This document shows positions 39,101 to 51,915 of a DNA stretch of 64,000 nt, piece after piece. Source of the DNA: Octopus vulgaris (taxonomy: Eukaryota); assembly GCA_951406725.2 (NCBI GenBank), contig OX597828.1, positions 44,764,001 through 44,828,000 of the forward strand. The letters run 5' to 3'. Position 1 is the first letter of the stretch. Every line of letters starts with the position of its first letter. The notes under the pieces were generated by a model. It was not told the origin of the DNA. It saw only the letters and a program-made list of their open reading frames with translations, and ran no database searches. A program made the position numbers and the translations under genes.

Positions 39101-39420
39101 AGGCGCAGGAGTGGCTGTGTGGTAAGTAGCTTGTTTACTAGCCACATGGTTCCGGGTTCATTCCCGCTGCGTGGCACCTTGGGCAAGTGTCTTCTACTAT
39201 AGCCTCGGGCTGACCAAAAGCCTTGTGAGTGGATTTGGTAGACAGAAACTGAAAAGAAGCCCGTCATATATATGTATATATATATATATATGCGTGTGTG
39301 TGTTTGTGTGTCTGTCTTTGTCCCCCTAGCATTGCTTGACAACCGATGCTGGTGTGTTTATGTCCCCGTTACTTAGCAGTTCGGCAAAACAGACCGATAG
39401 AATAAGTACTAGCTTACAAA
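39101..39420 (+). mobile_element. SINE family A, tail truncated
   Basis: Intact head aggcgcaggagtggctgtgtgg; stops at ctagcttacaaa. Confidence 0.88.
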
Positions 39421-39424
39421 AATG

Positions 39425-39699
39425 AGAATATCTGAAATAAACTCAACTGCTCTCACAAATGTAAATAATAAAAATGAACCCGACTGCTCTCAAAAATTAA
39501 GTAAAATACTGGGAAAATAATCCAGAATCTTTGTCTGGTACCAGATTGATTCGAAAACCTAATCAGTTTGTGCCAGTTACGAGATCAAACATCCCTGAAA
39601 GTTTCATCCAAATCCATCCAATGGTTCTTGAGATATCTTGTCCACGGACAAACAAACAAACACAACTGAAAACAATACCTCTGCCTTCACAAAGGTGGA

Positions 39700-39705
<6 letters not shown>
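39425..39705 (-). mobile_element. Non-autonomous DNA element, probably Helentron-associated (HINE/DINE-like)
   Basis: Terminal hairpin tacctctgccttcacaaaggtggaggta followed by (CAAA)n, an architecture typical of HINEs; one end only. Confidence 0.45.
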
Positions 39706-39737
<32 letters not shown>

Positions 39738-39738
<1 letters not shown>

Positions 39739-39915
39739 CCTTTCTGCTATAAGCACAAAACCTGAAATTTTGTGGGAGGGGGTAAGTTGATTTCATCAAC
39801 CCTAGTGCTTGGCTGATACTCATTTCATCAAATCTGAAAAGATAAACGGCAAAGCTGACCGTGGCAGAATTTGAACTCGGAACACAAAGACAGCCAAAAT
39901 GCCTCTAAGCATTTC
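39738..39915 (-). mobile_element. Diverged SINE family B
   Basis: ggcagaatttgaactc and ggcaaagctgacc motifs on the reverse strand. Confidence 0.65.
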
Positions 39916-40556
39916 ATTCCACAAAAGATAAAACTAGAAACAGCAGGTTTAATAAATTTGATACCGTGACTGGAAGGACAATAATAAGGCATTATTACGG
40001 AAGGATGATAATAAGGAATAGGAGATGATTGTCGAAGTAGAGGCAAGATTATGCATGTTGCGTGAGAATCTGACAATGCAAAGCAAAGCAATATCCTCGG
40101 TGGAAGCAGTGAGTATTTAAATGCTGAGGAACCATGGCATCGAGTTACATCGTACTTGAGTTCCTGAATTTTGTAAAAGAACGATTATTGTCTGATAAAT
40201 ATCTGTGATGGTACCACAGAACAAAGTTAGTATCAGGCTTACATTTCAAAGCTATCTTGTCCATTCAATCATGTACACATCATAATGGTCATTATGCATC
40301 AGTTCTAGGGAGTTCGTATCATTTGTTAGAGGTCCAGGGTCTCAATGTTGTATTGTCCAGTGAAGCATGTCTACATTCTAATGGTCATTCAGTGTCGGTT
40401 CTAGTGAACCCCATATCAGAAATTGTCGTAAAAGAGAAGTAAAACAAATAAAATTCTGAAGCTTTTAGACTGATCACAAAAATAATAATTGCATTGGCAG
40501 TCAACATATTATGCTTGCATTATCAGACATAGAACCATATATATATGAACTCCAAC

Positions 40557-40588
<32 letters not shown>

Positions 40589-40649
40589 CACATATACGTA
40601 CATACATACATATATACATGCATACATATATACATATATATATACATAC

Positions 40650-40692
<43 letters not shown>

Positions 40693-40752
40693 TATGTATA
40701 TATATATATATATATACACACACATGCACACACATATACATACATTCATACA

Positions 40753-40836
<84 letters not shown>

Positions 40837-41282
40837 TATACATATATATATATCAATATTCAGAAATAAGTTAATTAATCAACTGACCAATTTGTCATGG
40901 AATATCCTGCCATAGACGACAGTTGATGGTTCTGCAATTTCTTACCAAAACGACTAGCACCGATGATACATTTCTAGCGATCAAATGTTTGTACTGCACA
41001 TTATCACTTCTTCCATCAATCAACATTACCTGTTCAGGTACGTAGTGCGCCACACATCAGTTGTTGAAGTGATCACAAGGTAATGTGAGATGAAGTGTTT
41101 TGTTCAAGAGCATAATGCACCATCCAGTATGAAAATTGAAACTGCAGTCTTATGATCACGAGTGCAACGACCTAACCACTTGGCCATGATTCCTCAACTG
41201 ACCAATTGCTAAACAGTCAGTTGATTAATCAATCTTGTATAAATGGATAAACCTTGATAGAAAATTTTCTAAGATTTTGCTA

Positions 41283-41680
41283 GAAGTGGCTGTGTGGTAA
41301 GTAGCTTTCTCACCAACCACATGGTTCTGGGTTCAGTCCCACTGTGTGGCACCTTGGGCAAGTGTCTTCTGCTATAGCCTCGGGCCAACCAAAGCCTTGT
41401 GAGTGGATTTAGTAGACAGAAACTAAAAGAAGCCCGTCGTATATATGTATATATGTGTGTGTATATGTTTGTGAGTCTGTGCTTGTCCCCCAACATCACT
41501 TGACAATTGATAGTGGTGTGTTTACGTCCCTGTAACTTAGCGGTTTGGCAAAAGAGAATGATAGAATAAGTACTAGGCTTCCAAAGGATAAGTCCTGGGG
41601 TCGATTTGCTTGACTAAAGGTGGTGCTCCAGCATGGCCACAGTCAAATGACTGAAACGAGTAAAAGAGTAAAAGAGAGAG
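41283..41680 (+). mobile_element. SINE family A
   Basis: Full head and tail. Confidence 0.9.
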
Positions 41681-41847
41681 TACAGATCGTATTAATCATG
41701 ACTTAACAGAAAACCTAATTAAAACAAATCATCATTAGAAATTAGTAATTAAGTAGTTATATTTACTACCTTAGAAAAAATAAATTATAGATTGCAAAGG
41801 AAGAAATTAAGGTAAAAAAAACTAAGAAATTGATAAAAGATAAAATA

Positions 41848-42066
41848 TTCTTTTCTACGCTAGGAACAAGGCCCAATATTTATGGGGAGGAGGGGCAGTC
41901 GATTAGATCGACCCCAGTTTGCAACTGGTACTTAATTTATCAACCCCAAAAAAGATTAAAGGCAAAGTCGACCTCGGCGGAATTTGAATTCAGAACGTAA
42001 AGGCAGACGAATTACTGCTAAGTATTTTGCCCCGGTGTGCTAACGTTCATGCCAGCCTGCCGCCTT
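41848..42066 (-). mobile_element. SINE family B with alternative 3' tail
   Basis: Head aggcggcaggctggca..acgttagc on the minus strand; tail ...ccttgttcctagcgtagaaaagaat. Confidence 0.8.
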
Positions 42067-42338
42067 GAGAAGATAGAATATTAAGCCTTTTGTTACCATT
42101 ACACTGCCTTTGTCTCCACTTTGAAGTTAATGAAGAATATAGTAGAATAGGTTTGTCATTATTAAGCTGGTACATGTTCATCATGCTGGTTGTTGAATAG
42201 GTTGTCATCGAGCTTTACTTTAACCTTTTATACAAGTTTAAAATTTTACCTGAGGATAGTAGAGCTATGCTATGATGTAATCTATAAATAAAATGCTACC
42301 AAAACGGGTGTAGTCAATTTTAAATCCCATTTTGTGTT

Positions 42339-42371
<33 letters not shown>

Positions 42372-42380
42372 ATATATACA

Positions 42381-42472
<92 letters not shown>

Positions 42473-42485
42473 TATATACATATAC

Positions 42486-42532
<47 letters not shown>

Positions 42533-42610
42533 CATATATATATATACATATATATATATACATATATTTATCACTGTGTGTGTCATGTATGTGTGTCTGA
42601 GTGTGTATGC

Positions 42611-42645
<35 letters not shown>

Positions 42646-43010
42646 TATGTATGTACGTATGTATGTATGTATGTATGTATGTATGTATGTATGTATGTAT
42701 GTATGTATTAGGCAAAGCTGAAACTTCAAAGTTGCTGCCAGCCTTTTCCTTGTAAAACTTTAAATAAATGTGGACTCTGCTAAGAGGTATTCAATAATCG
42801 CCCAGTTCAATGTTAAATTGTTTTTATAGATAACATGACACAAAAGCAAACATTACCATACACACACACGCATAATCACACACACACACACACACATGCA
42901 CACATTAACAAATGCGATATATATACATATGAACAGACACACACATATTTATATATATATAGACAGGCATTAATGTATTTATAAATGTATGTATGTATAT
43001 GTATATATAT

Positions 43011-43041
<31 letters not shown>

Positions 43042-43840
43042 AGCGTGTATATATATATGTATGAATATGTATATCTATTTATATATATATGATATATATA
43101 TATATTTATATATATGATATAAGGATGTATGTACATATATATATATAGATCTGTTCAATATTCAAATACATATGTAAGAAACATACAGTTACTCTAAAGA
43201 AATCTCAGCATACAACTACTCACACACACATACATACACACACACACAAAAACACACACAGATTCCTCCAAGATTTACCAGTTCTGTTTCTGTATAAATG
43301 CTAAAATTACTGTTAGTACTCGGCCAAAAAATCTATTGATTTATTGGAAATAGAACCAACTGGCATGGTATTAGTTATTTCTTCTCTTAACGTTCTGTAA
43401 AAATGTCATCCAGTTAGAAGTTTTAAATATCCAGATTCTCTTTATTTCACTCCATTAGACGCTTCACAATTCATAGTAATATTGTTTCTTTTTTTTTTTT
43501 ATTCCTTTGAGTCAAAGGAATTTTTTTTTTATTGTAGAAATATCTGTGCGACATAATTGAAACATAACATGATTTAACTCCCTTACCTACACTCTTTCCC
43601 TTTCTCTTTCTCTTTTCCTCCCCCTCCCTCTCTCTTTCTCTCTCTTTCTATCTCTCACTCTCTCTTTCTGTCACTTCCCTTCTTTTTATTTCCGTATTTT
43701 TATATATTATATATTTTGTACTCGCATTCTCTTTCGCTTCCGCTTTTCCTGCCTACTTTATGTAAATTGCATTCAGAAGCATACATAGGCATATATATAT
43801 ATATATATGTATATACATATATATATACACATATATATAT

Positions 43841-43920
<80 letters not shown>

Positions 43921-43953
43921 GTGTGTATGTATGTATGTATGTATCTATGTATG

Positions 43954-44017
<64 letters not shown>

Positions 44018-44069
44018 TATATACATACATACACATATGCACAGACACAGACAAGCACACATGCAAACA

Positions 44070-44112
<43 letters not shown>

Positions 44113-45291
44113 CACGGACAGATATATACACATATATGTATATAAATACATACATACACACACACACATACACATATATACATATACACATCCATATATG
44201 TATATACATACACAGGCACATATAAATAACCACATGCATACACATGCAAATACACATATTCACACAGATATATATATACTTACAAAAAGTACTTTTTGAA
44301 TGAAATTTACTTAACAGGAACAGAGCATTGAAACTGTCACATGGCTACATGTGTAAATGCCTGCATATGTACATGTCTGTGTGTGTGTGTGCATATGCAT
44401 ATCATTATACACACCAGTCAAAGATGAAAGTGCTTTTGTTGTCGTATGTCTCACGACTTAGCATTTTGACAAATAAATCTCCGAGTGATATTAAGAGAAG
44501 TTATGGATATTTGCAGCTCTTAGTTCTTAGATCCTCCAGCATGGTCAGCACAATTAGTGACAAACCTTCTTCTAATATTCCAATTATTTGCTTTCCCCTG
44601 AGCTCCACTTGGGCCAACTCCTTATTACTTTCAGTAATGTCATCCCAGAATATACACATATTCCAAGGTCTTCCCCTCAGTTTTTTTCTTATAGCATCGA
44701 CTACATCACAACGGGAGCATGTCACTCCTGCAGTGACCAAACCACACGGCCAGTCCAGTAAACCATATCTGTTGATTAGTCAGCAGGGATAATATCCAAC
44801 CATATTACTTGTGGTCCACATCTAACTCTTCTTCTATTTGGCCTTATACATAAAAATCTATTTTTCCAATTCCTTTCTCAGATATTCTATCCACAATCCA
44901 ATACCAGAGCTGTGACCTCTCAAGATAGAGAATTTTAAGCTTGATCAAATCTCCCTAATAAATATCTCAATTAGTTCTCATAAATCATTTTTATCATACA
45001 AATGATCATAATTTGGTAATAACTTTCAGCTTTCCTGATTCATTCTGCAACAAATTTCTCTCATAATTCTATCTATATTTTTCTTTTATTTCAATGTAAT
45101 AGGCAAAAGTGTGTCTCCATGGCTGAGCGGTTCACTTCCCAATCACATGATTTCATATTTGGTTCCACTGCACAAACTTTGGATAAATATGTGCTACTAT
45201 AACCACAGACTGACCAATGCCTTGTGAGTCGATTTAGGAAATGAGATAGAAACTGAAAGAAACCTGCATATGTATATGTATATGTATATGT

Positions 45292-45370
<79 letters not shown>

Positions 45371-45440
45371 CAAAATAAGCAACAGGATATCAAGTAGTGA
45401 TGCAGTATGACTGTTAGGTTAAAATTCTATTTATTTATTT

Positions 45441-45528
45441 GTGCAACTGAAGATGGCACTGCATTTAAGTTGATGTAATGCTTGCATTGTTCGATTAAAT
45501 GGAGTCACCTGAAATGGCCATATTGCAT
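45441..45528 (+). ncRNA. Hammerhead ribozyme with long stem II
   Basis: GTGCAA-CTGAAGA-(57-nt hairpin cattta/taaatg, gttga/tcgat, taatgc/gcattg)-GAAA-TGGCCA-TA-TTGCAT. Confidence 0.7.
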
Positions 45529-45804
45529 TAATACCTTGACATCCTTGTTACTTATTTGATTTGTGTGTATAGATATATAAAATTCTGTATAGAAAGAAGT
45601 TCTTTCTTAGGAATATATTATCCAAGTATACACCAGTTTTGCAGAAATATCATTTAACAATACTGGAAATTTTTTGCATGTGCATGTACTAGTGTTTATC
45701 ACTGCTTCTTCTTCAATATCAGTACTTTAAACTTCTGAAATTCCAGTTGTCACTAGGGAGATTTCCGTTATTTTCGATATTGGAGAAAAAAGTTTAAAAA
45801 TTCT

Positions 45805-46198
45805 AAGAAAATAGAAAATACATACATAGAATAATCAATTTGTTATCATAGTCCAGCCAAATTGATAAGTTCATTTATGTTGACTTCCCTGCATTTTGGC
45901 TGATTGCTGTCATTCATATTTGCGCTTTTCAAGTGCATTATGAAGTTGAAAAATGCAAAATGTCTCCGCAGGGTGTAATTGACTGAATAAACTCTCCATC
46001 CATTAGGATGTGAAAAATATCAGCCAATTATACTCTGAGGAGGCTGTTTGCTTTCTTTAACTTCATTACACACTTAAGTGCAAATATAAATGACAGCAAT
46101 CAGCCGAAATGCAGTATAGGCAATATGAATGAACTTATTAATCTAATTGGACTATAATGATAAACTGATTACTCTATGTTTGTATTCTCCATTTTCTT
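45805..46198. repeat. About 190-bp-arm imperfect inverted repeat (Penelope-like fold-back) with a hammerhead-like fold at 46029-46118
   Basis: ttggctgattgctgtcattcatatttgc pairs with gcaaatataaatgacagcaatcagccgaa; TATACT-CTGAGGA-GGCTG..CAGCC-GAAA-TGC-AGTATA. Confidence 0.75.
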
Positions 46199-46424
46199 TG
46201 AATATATATTTCGTTTTTGTATTTGGTTTGCTAGATTCTTTATGTGAATTAGTGTGTTGAAGCATATTTTATTGTGTCTGGGGAGAGTCATTCTCTTTTA
46301 GTGCCTTATTATTTAACACACTCACTAGTTCAATTTCCACTCATTTACTTAGAAAAAATAAATAAGTAAATGAGTGGAAATTGAACCGGTGTGTGCGTTA
46401 AGTAATAAGGCACAATAATATATA

Positions 46425-46536
<112 letters not shown>

Positions 46537-46581
46537 CACACACACACACATATATATATATACATATATACACATATATAT

Positions 46582-46746
46582 AGGTGCAGGAGTGGCTGTG
46601 TGGTAATTAGTTTGCTTACCAACCACATGGTTCCGGGTTCATTCACACTGCATGGCACCTTGGGGAAATGTCTTCTAATATAGCTTTGGGCTGACCAAAG
46701 CCTTGTGAGTGGATTTGGAAGATGGAAACTGAAAGAAGCCTGTCGT
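46582..46746 (+). mobile_element. SINE family A, 5' half
   Basis: Head only; abuts the Tc1 element. Confidence 0.85.
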
Positions 46747-46773
46747 ATATATATATATATATATATGTACACA

Positions 46774-48385
46774 CAGTGGGGGGAAATAAATATTCGTACA
46801 TGTCAAAATTCTTTATTTATTTAATTTCTAATGAAAATAAATTGGATATACCAATACTATAATTGCATACACATGCATAAACTAAGAATATGCAAAAGAA
46901 ATTTATAAATTATAGTAACTAAGGAATTTATATTCAATTATAAATATTTAGGGGTGAAAAAAGTATTCATACAGAATAAATTTAGGATTTTCTAAGCCAC
47001 AAAATACTGTTAAAATAATCTTTTTTACTAGAATTTTCTCGTTTGTTCCAATAATCTTATCAGTTGTCATTTTTAAGTGTGAAAACACTAGCTTCTTCAT
47101 TCAGCTCTGAGACAACATAAAGTAGTATCGTAATAATGGCGAAAAGTAAAGAACTCACAAATTCAGTGAAAAACTTAATTATTGAACAGTGGAAAGCAGG
47201 TAAAAGTTACAGGAAAATATCAGAGACCCTTTGCATTCCATTTTCTACCATAGCTTCATTTATTCAAAGATATAAAAAATCGGGAACTGTTGAAAACAGA
47301 ATAAGATCCGGTGCACCATGCAAGATTTCCCCTAGATCTTTAAGAAAAATGAAGCGAAAAATTGGAAAAAACGCAATGATCACCAGAAAGGAGTTGCAGG
47401 AAGATTTGTTAGCTTCAGGGACTAGTGTTACACTACGAACAATCAGCAATGAAATTCATAGGAATGAACTGAAGTCACGCTCTCCTAGAGAAACTCTGCT
47501 GTTGACTAAAAGGCATAGAGATGCCCGTTTAAAATTTGTTTATGAACATAAAGATAAATCTGATGCATTCTGAGAAAATGTTCTATGGACAGATGAGTCG
47601 AAAATTGAATTGTTTGGATGAAATTTGCATAGCCATGTTTGGAGGAAAGCTGGTACCGCCTATTCACCGCAAAACACAATTCCTACCATAAAGTTTGGAG
47701 GTTGCAACATCATGGTGTGGAGGTGTTTCTCTGCAAATGGTACTGGCAATTTACATGTGATAGATGGTAGAATGAATGCAGAGATGTACCAAAATATTTT
47801 GAACAATAATTTATGGGACTCTGTAGAAAAGCTCCAGCTTTGTGAAGGGTGGGTTTTACAACAGGGTAACGATCCTAACCACACGGCGAAATCTACCAAA
47901 AAATGGATTGTCGATCACAATATAAAATTATTAGAATGACCAACACAGTCACCTGACTTGAACGCCATTGAAAATTTGTGGGGTTATTTGAAAATTAAAA
48001 TTCATTCAAGAGCCCCAACGTGCATTGCAGATTTGAAGAAAATTTGTCAAGCAGAATGGGAAAAAATTCCTAAAGAAACATGCAAGTCATTGATTAAGAA
48101 CTACAAGAAGAGATTAGTTGAAGTGGAACTGAATAATGGTTATGCTACAAAGTATTAAATCAGAATTATCAGTTATTTATGTTCTGTACGAATACTTTTT
48201 TCACACCTAAATATTTATAATTGAATATAAATTCCTTAGTTACTATGATTTATTAGTTTCTTTTGCATATTCTTAGTTTATGCATGTGTATGCAAATATA
48301 GTATTGGTATATCCCATTTATTTTCATTAGAAATTAAATAAATAAAGAATTTTGACATGTACGAATATTTATTTCCCCACCACTG
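46774..48385 (+). mobile_element. Full-length Tc1-like transposon of IR/DR type (about 200-bp TIRs)
   Basis: TIRs 46774-46976 and 48182-48385 starting CAGTGG, each with outer and inner tattc(g/a)taca direct repeats. Confidence 0.96.
47136..48158 (+). pseudogene. Tc1 DD34E transposase pseudogene (340 codons, no frameshift, 3 in-frame TGA)
   Basis: ORFs 47136, 47625 and 47958 share one frame; motifs RSGAPCK, WTDESKIELFG, QQGNDPNH (catalytic D changed to G), SPDLNAIENLW with 34-residue spacing. Confidence 0.95.
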
Positions 48386-48607
48386 GTTATTGCGTGCTAA
48401 TAATTTTGTAATCGAGTGTCATATTGGGGCGGGGAAAAAAACTGGTTTACCCTTAATTTATAAAGCAAAAAGAAAATGGAGAGGATACAAAAATGACATT
48501 CATCAGCCGGTAGACTGTTATGTTTATTTATTCCAAAACTAAATAGACATAATGGAATGTCTACCGGCTGATGTATGTCATTTTTGTATCCCTCCATTTT
48601 CTTATTG

Positions 48608-48638
<31 letters not shown>

Positions 48639-48648
48639 ATATGTGTGC

Positions 48649-48700
<52 letters not shown>

Positions 48701-48769
48701 ATATAAATATGTAGTATATGTATATAAATGTGTGTGTGTGTGCATATATATTATATGCACGTGTATATA

Positions 48770-49890
48770 TCATCATCATCATCATCATCGTTTAGCGTCC
48801 GTTTTCCATGCTAGCATGGGTTGGACGGGTCAACTGGGGTCTGTGAAGCTGGAAGGCTTCGTCAGGCCCAGTCAGATCTGGCAGTGTTTCTACGGCTGGA
48901 TGCCCTTCCTAACGCCAACCACTCCGCGAGTGTAGTGGGTGTTTTTATGTGCCACCTGCACAGGTGCCAGACAGAGCTGGCGAACGGCCACGAACGGATG
49001 GTGCTTTTACGTGTCACCGGCACGGGGCCAGGCGATGCTGGCAACAGACACGAACGGATGGTGCTTTTACGTGCCACCGACACGGGGCCAGACAGAGCTG
49101 GCAACCGGCCACGAACGGATGGTGCTTTTACGTGTCACCGGCACGGGGGCCAGCCGAGGCTGGCAACGGACGCGAACGGATGGTGCTTTTACGTGCCACC
49201 GACACGGTTGCCAGACTGAGCTGGCCAAGGCGGCACGAGCGGACGGTGCTTTTACGTGTCACCGGCACGGGGGCCAGAACAGGTGCTGGCCACGGGGCCA
49301 GACAGAGCGGCCACGAACGGACGGTGCTTTTACGTGTCACCGGTATGGGGCCAGGCGAGGCTGGCAACGAACACGAACGGATGGTGCTTTTACGTGCCAC
49401 CGACACGGGGCCAGGCAGAGCTGGCAAACGGCCATGAGCGAATGGTGCTTTTACGTATCACCGGCATGGGTGCCAGACGAGGCTGACAGCGGACACGAAC
49501 AGATGGGTCACTTAACCCCTGCTTTCTGATATATGATTTGATTTTGATTGTTCTCACTGGTCTTGCCGGGTCTTCTCACGCACAGCATACTTCCATAGGT
49601 CTCGGTCTCTGGTCATTTCCTTGGTGAGACCTAGAGTTCGAAGGTCGTGCTTCACCACCTCGACCCAGGTTTTCCTGGGTCTACCTCTTCCACAGGTCCC
49701 CTCAACTGCCAGGGTGTGGCACTTTTTCACACACCTATCTTCATCCATTCTCACCACATGACCATACCAGCGCAATCGTCTCTCTTGCACACAACATCTG
49801 ATTCCTCTTAGGTCCAACTTTTCTCTCAAGGTACTTACACTCTGTCGACTATGAACACTGACATTACACATCCAACGGAGCATACTAGCT
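48770..49890 (-). mobile_element. 5'-truncated RTE-clade LINE: ORF C-terminus plus tandem-repeat 3' UTR plus (GAT)n tail
   Basis: 49554-49883 MLRWMCNVS...RRLRWYGHVVRMDE...GRGRPRKTW...DRDLW; UTR with about nine 60-bp units. Confidence 0.93.
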
Positions 49891-50182
49891 TACTATATAT
49901 ATATATATATATATATACACACTCACATATATATATCTGTATCTATATATATATGTGCATATACATACATACACATATATACATATATGCACACATTGTG
50001 TGAGTGCATGCATGTATGTGTGTATGTGTGCACGTGTGTGTGCATGTGTGTGTGTGTGTAAATTAAAAATGTACTAAATTTTCCAGTTTTTGTGTTTAGT
50101 ATACACTTACTCCGCAAGTATTATGATTCACAAAGACTTTGAACTAGCATCATTTTCTCATTTAAAACCAAACATCTACAGG

Positions 50183-50498
50183 CATCATCATCATCATCAT
50201 CATCATCATCATTTAGCGTCCACTAGCATGGGTTGGACGGTTCAACTGGGGTCTGTAAAGCCAGAAGGCTGCATCAGGCCCAGTCTGATCTGGCAGTGTT
50301 TCTATGGTTGGATGCCCTTCCTAACGCCAACCACTCCGTGAGTGTAGTGGGTGCTTTTTACGTGCCACCTGCACAGGTGCCAGACAGAGCTGGCAAACGG
50401 CCATGGACGGATGGTGCTTTTTACGTGCCACCGGCACAGGGGCCAGGCGAGGCTGGCAACGGCCACAATCAGATGGTGCTTTTTACGTGCCACCGGCA
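50183..50498 (-). mobile_element. RTE-LINE 3' UTR fragment
   Basis: Closely similar to 48770-49050. Confidence 0.87.
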
Positions 50499-51008
50499 TA
50501 CATTTGATTACTTGAATGTGCCAATGTGCTTCACAAGAACACAGCTTCAATTATAACCTGCTTATATATATATATACACAGTCTAGTTTCCAAAATTTTC
50601 AAAAAATTTTCGTTGATGGGGATATATAATTCAAGCAGGTACCAATATGTGTTTCTGCCGATTGATAACGCCGGTTTGTATACATGAGTTGATATGCTTT
50701 TAGTTGGTTGGTTTACCTGTTCTTTGTACATTGTCACACCTGACAGTCCAGTTGTTTCTAGAGAGACTGTAGTTTTTTCAATAGAGGAGAAATCAAAATA
50801 GTAGTCAAAATGTCCTGAAAAACCCTTTGATGGATTGTAGCACCATAATGTTACAGAGGCAAAAACTTAAGAACATAATTTGGATATTCTCTATTCTCTG
50901 TTTTTCTAAAACTGATTCATTATCTATCTATCTATCTATCTATATATATATATATATATATAGCAATAATAAATCTCTGAACGAGGTATAGACAGTAACT
51001 GCATGACA

Positions 51009-51363
51009 ATGTGAAGTGTATTTGCCATCTAAATATGGCTAACCACTAAGGGTGGATGTTACTGTAGCTTGTAGCCCCAGGAGAACATCTTCTCCATATA
51101 TATATAGCAATTATAAATTATGTTCTTGACACATGAAAACTGGTGATTGATGTGTGCTGATGACGGGTCAATACCCAGAAACTGCAGTCCGTGCGTATCA
51201 CTTAGGTTGACGAGGGAAGGATGACCTCCCTTTGCAAATGCCGATAGGGCAGCACATAAAGTGTGTCAATAGCCAGCTGGAGAAGATGTTCTCCTAGAGC
51301 TACAAGCTACAGTAACATCCACCCTTAGTGGTTAGCCATATTGAGATGGCAAATATACTTCAC

Positions 51364-51365
<2 letters not shown>
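51009..51365 (+). mobile_element. Penelope-like terminal repeat with inverted partial copy
   Basis: 51009-51096 is the reverse complement of 51278-51365; same family as 34662-34866. Confidence 0.72.
51143..51201 (+). ncRNA. Minimal type I hammerhead ribozyme
   Basis: gtgtg-CTGATGA-C-GGGT-CAAT-ACCC-A-GAAA-CTGCAG-TC-cgtgc, with distal gtgat/atcac pairing. Confidence 0.75.
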
Positions 51366-51407
<42 letters not shown>

Positions 51408-51702
51408 TACCACTGATGAGACAAATGTATATGATTGTTATGCTTGGAAATACTCTACCCATCTCAACCTACATATTCTTGAAACAGCTGTCAGAATTTG
51501 TACCTGCTGAAGATTCTTCTTAAAATCATCTTATGCCACCATTTCATCTATTTGGATTACTGCTTCACATTCACCATGTGAATTTTTTAATATTCACATT
51601 GGTTTCTAATATGGATATACAGCCTCATAAGATCTCATACAAGTACATTTATGATTTATTTGTGTTTTTATATTTATATAATTTTATATCATATATATAT
51701 AT

Positions 51703-51915
51703 AACAATTGCAGCGTGGAAGGTGTTTGTAAGCCATTTAAGAAACACACAAAAGCCGTTCGATTCACTTCAACATTTAAGTTTAATGTTGAAGTGAATCG
51801 AACGGCTTTTGTGTGTTTCTTAAATGGCTTACAAACACCTTCCATGCTGCAATTGTTTTCGTTCCAGCACACGATCTCAGATCAAATCACTTGCTATGCG
51901 AGTACATCTCCGTAA
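51703..51915 (+). mobile_element. Fold-back element with about 74-bp near-perfect arms plus unpaired tail, in (TA)n
   Basis: 51703-51777 versus 51784-51857; tail shared with 31030-31085. Confidence 0.75.

Noticed and set aside
39101-39175. tRNA-like sequences with A and B boxes (here and at other SINE heads)
   Set aside because: They are SINE heads without a complete cloverleaf, each continuing into a SINE body.
43279-43394. Minus-strand exon candidate (catttttacag| ... CTG|gtaaat)
   Set aside because: Stops in all three frames. It would be open only if the A6 run at 43326-43331 were A5, which I cannot verify.
47136-48158. Selenocysteine or alternative-code reading of the TGA codons
   Set aside because: They fall at Trp or non-Cys positions of a transposase; ordinary point mutation explains them.
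48500-48580. CTGATGA motif in the hairpin arm as a hammerhead
   Set aside because: No correctly placed GAAA, stem II or NUH.
50717-50757. 41-nt minus-strand microexon candidate (tctctctag| ... CAG|gtaaac)
   Set aside because: Open and could end in phase 0, but too short to distinguish from chance without transcripts.
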